64,000 nt of DNA from Cyanobacteria bacterium P01_A01_bin.123 (GTDB lineage Bacteria > Cyanobacteriota > Cyanobacteriia > Phormidesmidales > Phormidesmidaceae), in the NCBI GenBank assembly GCA_039815185.1, contig JBCBZT010000012.1, positions 32,001 to 96,000 on the forward strand. Direction: 5' to 3'. Position numbers and translations under genes: made by a program. Of the stretch, positions 22,396 through 32,909 are shown piece after piece. The first letter of the stretch is position 1; every line of letters starts with the position of its first letter. The notes beneath the pieces were generated by a model. It saw nothing but the letters and a program-made list of their open reading frames with translations. It had not been told where the DNA came from and did not search any database.

Positions 22396-23835
22396 ATGAT
22401 TGATCAGCTGACTGCCGCTTTATCGTCCGTTAATCTCGATGCCGACTGGATCGGTATTCGGGCTGTTGCCGAAACCATGACTCGTCGTTCCCTGCGGGAT
22501 GGATTGCCCCAAAGCAATTCCCGTTCGGCTACGCGGGGCGCCATGGTAGAGGTGATGGCCCAGGGCCAAATGGGTTACAGCGCGACCAATCTGCTGACCC
22601 CAGTGGGATTGCAAACCGCGGCTCAGCAAGCCTATCAAAACGCGATCGCGGCGAGTCAGTGGCGCATTTTTGACAGCACGCCTGAGGTTCGACCCAAAGT
22701 TGTGGGAGAGTATGTGTCACCCCAACAAAAGCCGTTTGAAGCTTTATCTGCGGCAGACATCAATGAGTTGCTTGCGCGCATTTGCCAGGGGTTGAAGGTC
22801 TCTGACCAAATTGTCCAGACCACGGCTTCGGCAGTCACCACGGAAACCGAAACCTGGTTTGTCAGCAGCAATGGTTCTGAGGTGTACCAAAAGTTTTTGC
22901 TGCTGGGAACCCACTTTAACGCAACAGCCCAGGACGGAGCCGTGGTGCAACCCCGCAGCCAAAATGGTTTCCTGTCTCGCAGCTATCAGGGGGGGTGGGA
23001 GCTGTTCCCCGATCCGGCACTCTGGGAGCGGGTGAACCGTATTGGTGAACAGGCGGTGGAATTGCTCACGGCTGAAGACTGCCCAACCCTGGCAACGACC
23101 CTGGTGTTGGCCCCCGACCAAATGATGCTACAAATCCATGAAAGCATTGGCCATCCGCTAGAACTCGATCGGATTTTGGGTGACGAGCGCAACTATGCCG
23201 GGGGTAGCTTTGTGACCCCCCAAGATTTTGGCCAGCTGACTTACGGCTCGCCGTTGATGAATGTTACTTTTGATCCGACCGTAGCTGGGGAATTTGCCAG
23301 CTATGGTTTTGACGATACTGGGGCCCCCGCATCTCGAGAATATCTGATTCGATCGGGCATCTTGCAGCGGGGCTTAGGGAGTTTGGCAAGTCAAACCCGT
23401 CTGGGGGTGAATGGGGTTGCCTGCGCCCGTGCGACCTCTTGGAACCGCCCGCCGATTGATCGCATGGCCAACATTAATTTGGAACCGGGTGATCGCGCCT
23501 TTGAAGATTTGATCGCTGACGTTGAACACGGCGTGTTCATGGAAACCAACCGCTCCTGGTCGATTGACGATCAGCGCTACAAGTTTCAATTTGGCTGCGA
23601 ATACGCCAAATTGATTGAAAACGGCAAGCTTACGAAAACCCTACGCAACCCCAATTATCGCGCCACCACGCCGGAATTTTGGCGGAGTTTAGTGGCCGTG
23701 GGCGATCGCGATACCTGGGAAGTGTATGGCACCCCGTTTTGTGGGAAGGGGGAACCCAACCAAATTATTCGCGTGGGCCATGCGGCCCCAGTCTGCGTAT
23801 TTCAGCCAGTAGAAGTCTTTGGGGGTGCAGCCTAA
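22396..23835 (+). CDS. tldD: TldD family metalloprotease
   Basis: IHESIGH (HExxGH), PIDRMAN and CGKGEP motifs. Confidence 0.9.
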   Translation: MIDQLTAALSSVNLDADWIGIRAVAETMTRRSLRDGLPQSNSRSATRGAMVEVMAQGQMGYSATNLLTPVGLQTAAQQAYQNAIAASQWRIFDSTPEVRPKVVGEYVSPQQKPFEALSAADINELLARICQGLKVSDQIVQTTASAVTTETETWFVSSNGSEVYQKFLLLGTHFNATAQDGAVVQPRSQNGFLSRSYQGGWELFPDPALWERVNRIGEQAVELLTAEDCPTLATTLVLAPDQMMLQIHESIGHPLELDRILGDERNYAGGSFVTPQDFGQLTYGSPLMNVTFDPTVAGEFASYGFDDTGAPASREYLIRSGILQRGLGSLASQTRLGVNGVACARATSWNRPPIDRMANINLEPGDRAFEDLIADVEHGVFMETNRSWSIDDQRYKFQFGCEYAKLIENGKLTKTLRNPNYRATTPEFWRSLVAVGDRDTWEVYGTPFCGKGEPNQIIRVGHAAPVCVFQPVEVFGGAA

Positions 23836-25181
23836 TGGCCCAGTTAGCATCAGATCAGTGGGAATTAAGTTTTAACGAATTGGTCAACGCGCTGCGATCG
23901 CAGTTGCAGCCCCAAGAAAAATTCACCCTCAGGTTGGTCGCAGAAACGAGTCAGTTCACTCGCTTTAATCAGGGCAAGGTGCGACAAACCGGTAGCGTCT
24001 GCGACGGAGAACTGCGCCTCAGCTGGATCATCGGCCAAAAAACGGGCGATCGCGCCCTGCCTTTCACCACGGATAAAGAGACTGATTGGCTTACATTACT
24101 GGCCGTGGTTGCTGATTTACGTCAGGAAGTCCCCCAGTTACCCGATGATCCCTATTTAGTTTTGCCCACGGGGGAAGCGACTAGCCGCGACGTCCATCAG
24201 GGGGAACTGTTGCCGGAATCTGACATTGTCCGTACCCTGCTGCCCGAAGTCGACGGTCTCGATTTTGTCGGACTGTATGCCGGGGGCCGCTCAATTCGAG
24301 CCTATGCCGACTCTGCTGGGCAGCAGCACTGGTTTGAAACCGACTCTTTTAGCCTCGACTATTCTTTATTTACCCAAACGGGCCAGGCCGTCAAAGGCAC
24401 CTTTGCCGGCAGTCATTGGGATATGGCCGCCTACCGTTGTCAACTGGCGGAGTCTAAAGAATTGCTGACCCTCATGGCCCAACCCCCTAAATCCATCGAG
24501 CGGGGTCAATATCGCACCTATCTTGCCCCGGCGGCAATGGCTGATTTGCTGAGCATGTTTTCTTGGGGAGGGGTTAGCGAAGCCGCTATCCGACGGGGAG
24601 GGAGTGCTTTTGGTTTACTGAGTCGGGGCGAAAAACAGTTGTCTGCCAAATTCACCCTGACCGAAAATTTCACCCGAGGTGGTGTCCCCCGGTTCAATAG
24701 CCTGGGTGAAATCGCCCCCCGGCAATTGCCAATCATTAGTGCCGGTCAGCTGGTCAATAGCCTGGTCAGTTCTCGCACGGCTAAAGAGTACGGCATTGCC
24801 GCCAATGCTGCGGCTACGGGGGAATCCCTGCGGGCACCGGAAGTCAGCACCGGCAATCTAGCCCCTGACGAAGTTTTGAGTGCCCTAGATACGGGACTCT
24901 ATTTATCGAATCTGCACTATCTCAACTGGAGCGATCGCCCCCAAGGTCGAATTACGGGCATGACCCGCTACGCCTGTTTCTGGGTAGAAAATGGCAAAAT
25001 CATCGCTCCGATTGAAAATTTACGATTTGATGAAAGTCTATACTGCTGTTTTGGCAGTGAGTTGATCGGATTGACTAATCGGGCCGAATTTATCCCAGAA
25101 GTGGGCACCTATGGCAACCGCGACCTGGGCGGCATCTGGACGCCTGGGGCTTTAGTGCAGGATTTTACTTATACGCTGTAG
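23835..25181 (+). CDS. TldE/PmbA family protein
   Basis: Start overlaps the tldD stop (TAATG); FTRFNQGKVRQ and TGMTRYACFWVENG; no HExxH motif. Confidence 0.88.
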   Translation: MAQLASDQWELSFNELVNALRSQLQPQEKFTLRLVAETSQFTRFNQGKVRQTGSVCDGELRLSWIIGQKTGDRALPFTTDKETDWLTLLAVVADLRQEVPQLPDDPYLVLPTGEATSRDVHQGELLPESDIVRTLLPEVDGLDFVGLYAGGRSIRAYADSAGQQHWFETDSFSLDYSLFTQTGQAVKGTFAGSHWDMAAYRCQLAESKELLTLMAQPPKSIERGQYRTYLAPAAMADLLSMFSWGGVSEAAIRRGGSAFGLLSRGEKQLSAKFTLTENFTRGGVPRFNSLGEIAPRQLPIISAGQLVNSLVSSRTAKEYGIAANAAATGESLRAPEVSTGNLAPDEVLSALDTGLYLSNLHYLNWSDRPQGRITGMTRYACFWVENGKIIAPIENLRFDESLYCCFGSELIGLTNRAEFIPEVGTYGNRDLGGIWTPGALVQDFTYTL

Positions 25182-25329
25182 GGTTGTTTGGGATTTACGA
25201 GGTTGAATTTTAGACCTGCGCTAGCTTAGGGTACGCCTCTCAGCAAGTTCTCAGATCGCCATCACACGTGATTCAGATCACTTGGGCATATTGATAACTA
25301 TAAGCAGTGAGAGAGTCTCCTTGTTCGCA

Positions 25330-25710
25330 ATGGCAACGCACATTTTGTTGATCGAAGACAATACGAGAACAGCCCAGCTTTTGAAAATGGATTTAGCTGA
25401 CGAAGGCTATCAGGTCAGTATGGCCCACGATGGATTGAGTGGTTTGGCCCTTGCAAACCGCATCTGTCCAGATTTAGTCTTGCTGGACTGGAGACTGCCC
25501 TATTTATCTGGGTTAGAAATTTGCGACAAACTACGGCGGTTGGGCCATACTTTTCCAATCATGTTCCTGACGGCGATGACTGATAATGAACACCGTGCAA
25601 GCGGGTTAGCGGTTGGTGCTAATGACTACGTCATCAAACCCTTCGATCCAGATGCGCTGTTGGCTAAGATTCGGAATTATTTTCAATCGTCAGACTTGAC
25701 GGTAGCGTGA
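25330..25710 (+). CDS. Single-domain response regulator (REC only)
   Basis: ILLIED, LLDWRLP, FLTA and KPF motifs; no output domain. Confidence 0.9.
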   Translation: MATHILLIEDNTRTAQLLKMDLADEGYQVSMAHDGLSGLALANRICPDLVLLDWRLPYLSGLEICDKLRRLGHTFPIMFLTAMTDNEHRASGLAVGANDYVIKPFDPDALLAKIRNYFQSSDLTVA

Positions 25711-27910
25711 TGCTCACCGTAGTCCCCAAATCAACCGAAGATTGGATTGTGAGTTCGCCGTTATGGGCCTCGATAATGCGCCGAGTAATCGCCAGTCCCA
25801 AACCATTTCCCGAGGCTTTGGTGGTAAAAAACGGCTGGGTGAGTTTAGGTAACACATCAGGGGGAATAGGCTCACCGCCATTGTGGACTTCAACATTCAC
25901 TTGTTCGTTGGATTGAGCCAGTCGCCAGGTAATGGTTTCCCCAGCAGGGGCAGCTTCGCAGGCATTGCTAACCAGATTGATAAATACCTGCTTGAGTTTG
26001 TCTTTGTCTCCTTTGATGGGGATAGCAGATTGATCGGCAACGACTTCAATGACGCGACTTGCGGCTGCGGGCATCGATCGTAGAGCAGGCAGCATTTCCT
26101 CAGCCAACTCATACAAATTAAGGGGGTTCGCATCAAGCTGTTGTTGTCTCGCATAAAGCAAGATTTCATTGAGCAACCGTTGCAGGCGTTCTGATTCTTC
26201 TAGGGCAAAGGTAAGCCGCATTTTTGCCCGTTCGGGTAAGTCCATGCGTTTAAAGGAGTTGAGCCCCATCAAAATCGTCGTCAGGGGGTTTCTCACTTCA
26301 TGGACAATCATGGCAGCAAGCTCTCCAATTTCGGCTAGGCGCGCTAGCGCTGATTCAGCCTGCTTGCGTGCGGTTGCGTCTCGGGCCAGGGCCAGCAGAT
26401 ATCTTTCACCGCTAAATTCCAAAAGGCCAACGCCGACTTCCACCGGAAAGGTAGACCCGTCTTTGCGCTGGTGGATACCTTCAATGGTGAGCGGTTTTCC
26501 AGGCACCAAACGCCGCCACAGATTTTGGAAATCCTCCGATCCAAGTTTTTTTTGAATGTCTGGGACTCTGAGCCGAACCAATTCATCACGGGTGTAACCC
26601 AAGCTGCGGCAAGCTTGCTGGTTAACGTCGAGAATTTGGCCGTGGACGTTGATTACATAAAAGGCATCTGCGGCTTGCTCAATTAAGGTCTTAAAGCGAG
26701 TTTCACTTTCCCTTAGCGCTTCTTCGGCCTGTTTGCGTTCAGTAATATCGTTGACTACGGCCAAAACACAGGTTTTGCCGCCAATTTCAATTTGCTCGGC
26801 GGAGTAAAGCACGGTTCGGATTTCTCCGGTTCGTCGCTGGAATTGATATTCTTGGTTGCGCACAAACCCTTCGGTTTTGATTCGGTGAATCATCGCAGCG
26901 CGGTGATCCGAGATGGGCCCCTGGGAGCTATTGCGGGTATCGGCCCATAACCCAATATCTAAGGCCGTTTTATCGATGACCTGAGGCAGTTCACTGCCGT
27001 GGAAGGCTAAAAAACTAGCGTTGGCTTCGATAATATGACCATCGGTCAATGTACTGAGGGTAATGGGGTTGGGGCTGGCTTGAAAAGCTTTGGAGAATTT
27101 TTCTTCCGATAGGCGCAAGCTAGCTTCTGCTTGCTTGCGCATGGCGATGGCGTCGACAATTTGGTAAAACATCTTTTCAAAAGCCGCAACCACATCTCCC
27201 AATTCGTCTTTGCGCTGGGATTGGAGGGATTTTTGAGTTGATTCAAACTGGAGCGATGCCGGATCGCAATCGTCCGTAATCGCCTGCCCGGCAGTGAGTA
27301 AATCGGTTCGCAGGCGCAGCACTGGCCCAATGATTAACCGCTCTAGAACGATCAATGCAGCACCCGTGACAAAAACGGAAATAATCAGTACTAATCCAGC
27401 GATCCGAAAAATAAACAAGATTATCTCTTGCCTAACCCAGGTGCTGTCATGGCGAATAATCGGGATATACCGACCCGTAAAGCGTTCTTCCAGGGGGGAC
27501 ATTTTCCAAACGGCATCGTAGCGGTTAGTGGCACGAGTGAATCGCTTGGTTTGGCCTCGATTGATTTCATCTATTGAAAGGTCTGGTGCTTCTTCAATGC
27601 TGCCGACCAGGCTGCCATCGGCCCGATAGAGGGCAATGCCCTTGACCACTGGATCCGCTAACATCTGTTCAAACTGGGCCAAGAGTTCCGGTTCCGTGTC
27701 GGCTATCCCACCCGCAGCTAAAATCCCTTCTCCTCGAGCTGTTGAGAGCTCTTTAAGATAATTCAACAGCTCTTGCTCACGTCGATAGACCGAAGGAATT
27801 AGAATAATTGCTTCAATCACCACAATGCTGAGGAATACCCACCCAACAATCCGTCGCGATAGGCGAGCTTTGATCAGGTCTTTCAAGGTACGTCGTAGCC
27901 GGGTTGCCAC
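25664..27910 (-). CDS. Membrane-bound sensor histidine kinase (2 TM, HAMP, 2 PAS, HisKA, HATPase)
   Basis: TM segments; DELGDV HAMP-like; HEVRNPL; NLVSNA; FFTTKASGNGLGL. Confidence 0.92.
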   Translation of the reverse strand: MATRLRRTLKDLIKARLSRRIVGWVFLSIVVIEAIILIPSVYRREQELLNYLKELSTARGEGILAAGGIADTEPELLAQFEQMLADPVVKGIALYRADGSLVGSIEEAPDLSIDEINRGQTKRFTRATNRYDAVWKMSPLEERFTGRYIPIIRHDSTWVRQEIILFIFRIAGLVLIISVFVTGAALIVLERLIIGPVLRLRTDLLTAGQAITDDCDPASLQFESTQKSLQSQRKDELGDVVAAFEKMFYQIVDAIAMRKQAEASLRLSEEKFSKAFQASPNPITLSTLTDGHIIEANASFLAFHGSELPQVIDKTALDIGLWADTRNSSQGPISDHRAAMIHRIKTEGFVRNQEYQFQRRTGEIRTVLYSAEQIEIGGKTCVLAVVNDITERKQAEEALRESETRFKTLIEQAADAFYVINVHGQILDVNQQACRSLGYTRDELVRLRVPDIQKKLGSEDFQNLWRRLVPGKPLTIEGIHQRKDGSTFPVEVGVGLLEFSGERYLLALARDATARKQAESALARLAEIGELAAMIVHEVRNPLTTILMGLNSFKRMDLPERAKMRLTFALEESERLQRLLNEILLYARQQQLDANPLNLYELAEEMLPALRSMPAAASRVIEVVADQSAIPIKGDKDKLKQVFINLVSNACEAAPAGETITWRLAQSNEQVNVEVHNGGEPIPPDVLPKLTQPFFTTKASGNGLGLAITRRIIEAHNGELTIQSSVDLGTTVSITLPSSLTIENNSES

Positions 27911-28153
27911 GGGTTGCAGAGCCTCCTTGTCAACGCTAGATTCGAGCGAATGATGCCATCTTAAACCCCAGACCTATAGATGCCGAACCAGAGACGAAGG
28001 GGGCGAACCCCATCGGCGTAGTTATCTTGAAAGGGCTAGACCAATCCAGAAGGCCATCGTCTTCAATGCCTGTGGGCAAATTGTACTGAACTTTTTTAAC
28101 CGCTGAATTGATTGTTGTTAAGAGAATTTTGTTGTTTAGGCTACAGTTTCTGA

Positions 28154-28660
28154 TTAAACCGGCTTCACTCGCATTAGCGTTTGACCGAACTCAACTGGAT
28201 CTGAGTTTTCGACTAGGATTTCGACAATTTCGCCTGCGATTTCGGCTTCTAGTTCGTTCATTAGCTTCATGGCTTCAATAATGCAAACGGTTTGGCCGTT
28301 TTGAATGCGATCGCCCACGTCAACAAATGGGGGCTCATCTGGGCCGGGAGACCGATAAAACGTACCCACCATGGGTGAAGTGATTTCAAGTAGGTTGGGA
28401 TCAGCTGATGGTGGAGGTACGGGACTCGGGAAAGGCGTGGACACTGCAGGAGTCGCTGGGGTTGAGGTTGGCAAGCTGGTGGGTAAAGGGCCAGCCGGTT
28501 GACTGCTGAGCGTATGGGTCTCTGAGACCACTAGGGGCGTTGCGGTTGACTGTTTGCGCAGGGTGAGCTCAAAATCGCCGCTTTTGAGCGTGAGTTCTGC
28601 AACGTCAGTCTGGTTAAGGGCTGCAACTAGATCTCGGAGTTCGCTAAAACTTAAATTCAC
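28154..28660 (-). CDS. accB: Acetyl-CoA carboxylase biotin carboxyl carrier protein
   Basis: EAMKLMNE biotinylation motif and [11 protein letters not shown] start follows AGGAG; gene lies downstream of efp. Confidence 0.97.
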   Translation of the reverse strand: MNLSFSELRDLVAALNQTDVAELTLKSGDFELTLRKQSTATPLVVSETHTLSSQPAGPLPTSLPTSTPATPAVSTPFPSPVPPPSADPNLLEITSPMVGTFYRSPGPDEPPFVDVGDRIQNGQTVCIIEAMKLMNELEAEIAGEIVEILVENSDPVEFGQTLMRVKPV

Positions 28661-28698
28661 TAAAATCAACTCCTGGGTTCACGGCGACCCGATGGATG

Positions 28699-28772
28699 CA
28701 TCGGGGCCTTTGGGCATAGACCCATTGGGGCCTTTAGGCATAGGCTCATCGGGCCTTTGACGCGATGACGGG
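28699..28772. repeat. Short degenerate tandem repeat (about 3 x 24 bp, core CATYGGGGCCTTT) between efp and accB
   Basis: catcggggcctttgggcatagacc / cattggggcctttaggcataggct / catcgggcctttgacg. Confidence 0.7.
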
Positions 28773-29336
28773 TTAGGACGATTCTCTGCCGAGGTAGGTA
28801 TCGTTACGCGTGTCAACTTTGATCTTTTCACCGATGGAAATAAACAGCGGAACCATCACTTGGGCCCCCGTTTCAACGATCGCGGGCTTGGTTCCCCCGG
28901 TTGCTGTATCGCCTTTCACACCAGGATCGGTCTGGGTGACCTCTAGGACAACTGAGTTGGGCAACTCTACCTCTAGCACCTGCTCGTTCCAGCTGATCAC
29001 GTTGACTTCCATTTCTTCTTTGAGATACTTAACGCGATCGCCCACTTGATCTGCCCTTAGCCTGACTTCCTCATAGGTTTCCATATCCATGAAGACGAGA
29101 TCCTCACCATCACGATAGGTGTGCTGCATGGTGATTTTCTCGATCACGGCTTGGGGGACAGTTTCCCCAGCCCGGAAGGTGCGTTCAACTACGCTACCGG
29201 ATTGAACATTTTTTAGCTTGGTGCGGACAAAGGCTGATCCCTTGCCAGGCTTGACGTGTAAGAATTCCACCACACGCCAAACAGAACCATCTAGCTCAAT
29301 GCTGACACCGGTTCGAAAATCATTACTAGAAATCAT
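28773..29336 (-). CDS. efp: Elongation factor P
   Basis: MISSNDFR...[12 protein letters not shown] and [15 protein letters not shown]. Confidence 0.98.
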   Translation of the reverse strand: MISSNDFRTGVSIELDGSVWRVVEFLHVKPGKGSAFVRTKLKNVQSGSVVERTFRAGETVPQAVIEKITMQHTYRDGEDLVFMDMETYEEVRLRADQVGDRVKYLKEEMEVNVISWNEQVLEVELPNSVVLEVTQTDPGVKGDTATGGTKPAIVETGAQVMVPLFISIGEKIKVDTRNDTYLGRESS

Positions 29337-29587
29337 GGCGCTGGCAAATTTTGGATGGAGAACAATGGGCACCTTATTTTACCGCTCAGAGGTTGTTTGA
29401 AAAGAGTATCTAGCGGCGATCGCCCCTTAGGTGATCATCAGGGTTCAAAGCTTTTTGCGAATGCTTTTTGCGCTCAAGGCTAGAGGTGAACCTCACTGTG
29501 GCAAGATCGGATAGGTACTTTTTGGCATCCCTGCTTTTAATTCCGCTCTTTCAGTTCTGCCTATAAAGCCCAATCGACCCCCAAAGC

Positions 29588-30745
29588 GTGACTAACCCAA
29601 TGGCTCTCATTCAATATTCACTCAAAACGATCGCTCTCAGCTTGATCAGCTTCATTGGATTGATTGCGATCAGCTTGAGCCCCGGTGGGTTCTGGCAAGC
29701 CCCTGTCCAAGCCCTACCCCTAACGGCTGCGCCGTTGCCCACTGTGGTTGCCTACTTGCCGCCTGGCAACGCCATTACCGACGGGCAAGCCCTACTCCGC
29801 TATTCTCTACCCATCGACAATACAGAAATTCGTAAAGTCCAAGGGGATCTAGAAGAGATTTCCCAATGGCTACGGTCAAAGCGCTGGAGCCCGATTAAGC
29901 GCAACATTGGCAAAGCTGAACGGGTCTTGGGTCGAGGGCACGACAAAATCTTGGCAGATGTGCCTGAAGCCAGTAAGGCCGGGGTTGAGACGGTGCTAGA
30001 CCAGCTGCAAGTGGGGCTACAACCCCTCCGGGATGCGGTTGAAGCCAAAGATAAAGAGCAGGTTTGGCTGCAGCGGGCGGCCCTACTCGATTTGGTGACC
30101 GTTATAGAAGAAGCGATGGTTGGCGACTTCCCCTTTGAAGTGCCAGTAGACTATAGCGACCTACCTCAACTCAAGGGCCGGGCCAGCGTTGAATTTGAAA
30201 CGACTAAAGGCACATTAGTCGCCGTGATTGATGGTTACAGCGCGCCAGTTACCGGGGGGAACTTTGTAGACCTAGTGCAGCGGGGCTTCTATGACGGCAT
30301 GGACTTCATCCGGGCAGAGGATAACTATGTGCTGCAAACAGGCGATCCAGCGGGTTCAGATGAGGGCTTTATTGACCCTAAAACGGGCGAATACCGGGCG
30401 GTTCCCCTAGAAATTTTGGTTCAGGGGGATGAAGAACCGGTCTATGGGGATACGCTAGAGTCTTTGGGACGTTATCTAGACGACCCTGTTCTGCCGTTCC
30501 AGGCTTTTGGCACATTGGGCATGGCTCGTCCCGGTAATGACCCCAATGGAGGATCCTCCCAGTTTTTCTTCTTTTTATTTGAACCTGAACTGACGCCTGC
30601 AGGGCTAAACTTGCTGGACGGACGCTACTCTGTCTTTGGCTACGTTGTGGACAACAAGGAAGTGCTAGATCAGCTGGGTCAGGGCGATCAAATCCTCAAA
30701 GCCCGCGTCGTGGATGGGTTAAATAACTTGGTGCAACCTGGCTGA
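29588..30745 (+). CDS. Cyclophilin-type peptidyl-prolyl isomerase (TLP40/CYP38-like, lumenal)
   Basis: N-terminal signal; LPPGNAITDG..LLRYSLP; DGYSAPVTGGNFVDLV; GSSQFFFF; LDGRYSVFG. Confidence 0.92.
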   Translation: MTNPMALIQYSLKTIALSLISFIGLIAISLSPGGFWQAPVQALPLTAAPLPTVVAYLPPGNAITDGQALLRYSLPIDNTEIRKVQGDLEEISQWLRSKRWSPIKRNIGKAERVLGRGHDKILADVPEASKAGVETVLDQLQVGLQPLRDAVEAKDKEQVWLQRAALLDLVTVIEEAMVGDFPFEVPVDYSDLPQLKGRASVEFETTKGTLVAVIDGYSAPVTGGNFVDLVQRGFYDGMDFIRAEDNYVLQTGDPAGSDEGFIDPKTGEYRAVPLEILVQGDEEPVYGDTLESLGRYLDDPVLPFQAFGTLGMARPGNDPNGGSSQFFFFLFEPELTPAGLNLLDGRYSVFGYVVDNKEVLDQLGQGDQILKARVVDGLNNLVQPG

Positions 30746-31764
30746 TGTCTGTGCCTACTGTTCAAGATTTAGGAGAAGTCGGGCTACTTGCCCATTTGAA
30801 ACAATACTGTCCGCCAGAAGCCATTGGTGATGATGGGGCGTTGTTATTGCTGGCGGCTGGCAAATCAGCGGTGGTCAGCACAGATTTGCTAGTGGATGGC
30901 GTGCATTTTAGCGATCGCACCACGACGCCCTTTGATGTGGGTTGGCGGGCGACTGCGGCGAATCTGTCAGATCTGGCCGCAATGGGGGCGGAGCCCATTG
31001 GCATTACGATTGCGTTGGGGTTGCCGGGGGCGACGCCGCTAGATTGGCTCGATGGCTTCTACCAGGGTGTTGTTGCCTGTCTAAAAACCTTTGGCGGTGT
31101 AATTTTGGGGGGCGATCTGTGTCGTTCATCTACGCTAACGGTATCGATCACGGCTTTGGGACAACTGTTTGCGGTCAAAGCGCTGCGACGGGGGGCCGCG
31201 CAACCTGGGTACGCCATTGTGGTGACCGGGGGGCATGGGGCATCGCGGGCAGGACTTGAGCTTTTGCTCAACCCAGCGATCGCCTCTAGACTTAACCCTA
31301 CTGATAAAGCCGCCCTGATTGAAAAGCACCAGCGACCCCGCCCTAGGTTTGACGTCCTACCGACCCTTGAAGACTGTTGGCGGCGGCAGCCCGCCAACCA
31401 GGGCATCGCGGCAATGGACAGCAGTGATGGGCTAGCTAACGCCATTGTGCAGCTTTGTCAGGCGAATGGGACAGGGGCGATCCTGAAGCGATCGCAACTC
31501 CCCAGTCCCCCCTGCTTTGGAGGCTGGCTCGATGCCAAACAAGCGATTGATTGGACGCTCTACGGGGGTGAGGATTTTGAACTGGTTCTAGCCATGCCGC
31601 CTGAAATGGCTGAAGCGTTTGTGGCGACTTTGGGGCCGCCCGTGTGCATTGTGGGGCAGATGGTAGACGACCGAGCGGTGCAGCTTATTGACGACGTGGA
31701 AGCAACAGGCACGATCGAACTGTCCCTCGATCAGGCCTTTCAGCATTTTTCAAAGGTGGAATAA
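30745..31764 (+). CDS. thiL: Thiamine-monophosphate kinase
   Basis: IGDDGA, DLLVDGVHF, NLSDLAAMG, MDSSDGL and GGEDFEL motifs. Confidence 0.95.
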   Translation: MSVPTVQDLGEVGLLAHLKQYCPPEAIGDDGALLLLAAGKSAVVSTDLLVDGVHFSDRTTTPFDVGWRATAANLSDLAAMGAEPIGITIALGLPGATPLDWLDGFYQGVVACLKTFGGVILGGDLCRSSTLTVSITALGQLFAVKALRRGAAQPGYAIVVTGGHGASRAGLELLLNPAIASRLNPTDKAALIEKHQRPRPRFDVLPTLEDCWRRQPANQGIAAMDSSDGLANAIVQLCQANGTGAILKRSQLPSPPCFGGWLDAKQAIDWTLYGGEDFELVLAMPPEMAEAFVATLGPPVCIVGQMVDDRAVQLIDDVEATGTIELSLDQAFQHFSKVE

Positions 31765-32020
31765 TGCTGAGACTCAAGATGACGAACGAATACTGTATGG
31801 CTAACCATTGATTGACATAAGGCTGAGGTTGATACTTAGTAAGAAATCTACATAGAAACCCTGTTCCAAGACATCACTGCATGGACGAGGTTGAACAGGT
31901 CATACGGGTTTTAGATGCAAATCTGTGCCCGATGGCGGCATGGGAGCAGGCAGGCTGTGGAGCATCCTTACCGCTGAAGTCAGCATCGGATCTTGTCGCG
32001 AAGCGCCTAAAAACTTACAG

Positions 32021-32050
32021 GTAAGGGCGAGGGGCTTCTCGCCCCGGTAG
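32021..32050 (+). repeat. REP-like palindrome copy A (degenerate)
   Basis: GTAAGGGCGAGGGGCTTCTCGCCCCGGTAG, a variant of GTAGGGGCGAGGGGCCTCTCGCCCCTAC. Confidence 0.8.
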
Positions 32051-32131
32051 ACACACTGCAATTCCTACCCCCGTTGCAACACCGACACGTTTCATGAAAG
32101 CGGAATGGCTGAGACCCGATTATGTTCATGT

Positions 32132-32158
32132 GCAGGGCGAGGGGCCTCTCGCCCCTAC
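32132..32158 (+). repeat. REP-like palindrome copy B
   Basis: GCAGGGCGAGGGGCCTCTCGCCCCTAC. Confidence 0.85.
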
Positions 32159-32268
32159 AGGTGTATTGCCCCCCCATTGCGTCTACAAATGGGGCATTGT
32201 GTCACGAATGACATCACAATTATTGGGAACTCTTGGGTAAATGCGCGATTGCCCAACTAGATTCCCAC

Positions 32269-32871
32269 GTGAAGTATAGTCCCGACAAACATAATCGCCG
32301 TTCTATACGGCTAGAAGGCTATGACTATGCCTCTCCCGGAGCCTATTTCATTACCCTTTGCACCCATCAACGTCAATGTTTGCTGGGGCAAATTGTTGAT
32401 AGCCAGATGCGGTTAAACGACTTTGGCAGAATTGTTGCTCAGGAATGGCAAAAATCTGCCGCAATTCGGCAGGAAATTGATTTTGATGCCTGGGTCGTAA
32501 TGCCGAATCATGTACACGGGATCGTGTTGATTACATCGACGGATTCCCCAATGGGTGGTGTAGGGGCGAGGGGCCTCTCGCCCCTACGGACACATCAAAA
32601 TTCCTATCCCCATCGCACCGACAAACGGGGCATTATGCCTTTAATGAAAACGCGATCGCTGTCTTCGTTCATGGCTGGATTCAAAACCATTACGACTAAG
32701 CGCATCAACATCTACCGAGATGCATCCGGTACCCCCGTTTGGCAGCGCAATTATTACGACCATATCATTCGTAATGAAACCGCCTTACACAACATTCGGC
32801 ACTACATTCAAACGAATCCCCAACGTTGGCAAACTGATCAGTTGCATCCCGATAATCCATCTAAATGGTGA
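32269..32871 (+). mobile_element. REP-associated tyrosine transposase (RAYT; HUH Y1 family)
   Basis: HNRRSIRL.GYDY...GAYFITLCT; HUH motif MPNHVHGI; WQRNYYDHIIR; catalytic YI..NP..W; adjacent GTAG-type REPs. Likely GTG start at 32269. Confidence 0.9.
32560..32587 (+). repeat. REP-like palindrome copy C, inside the RAYT ORF
   Basis: GTAGGGGCGAG-GGGCCT-CTCGCCCCTAC, a perfect 11-bp stem, read in frame as VGARGLSPL. Confidence 0.9.
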
Positions 32872-32909
32872 AAGCGCGATCGCAAAACGGTCAGTTTGCT
32901 CAACGTTAG

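Noticed and set aside
22396..25181. tldD/tldE as a marker of a RiPP cluster
   Set aside because: No precursor peptide, YcaO or transporter gene is adjacent; the pair is common on its own.
31881..32024. 47-aa ORF containing IRVLDANL, reminiscent of the cyanobacterial ThiE N-terminus, next to thiL
   Set aside because: The similarity is limited to about 7 residues and the expected following DRAREGLR is absent; too weak to call.
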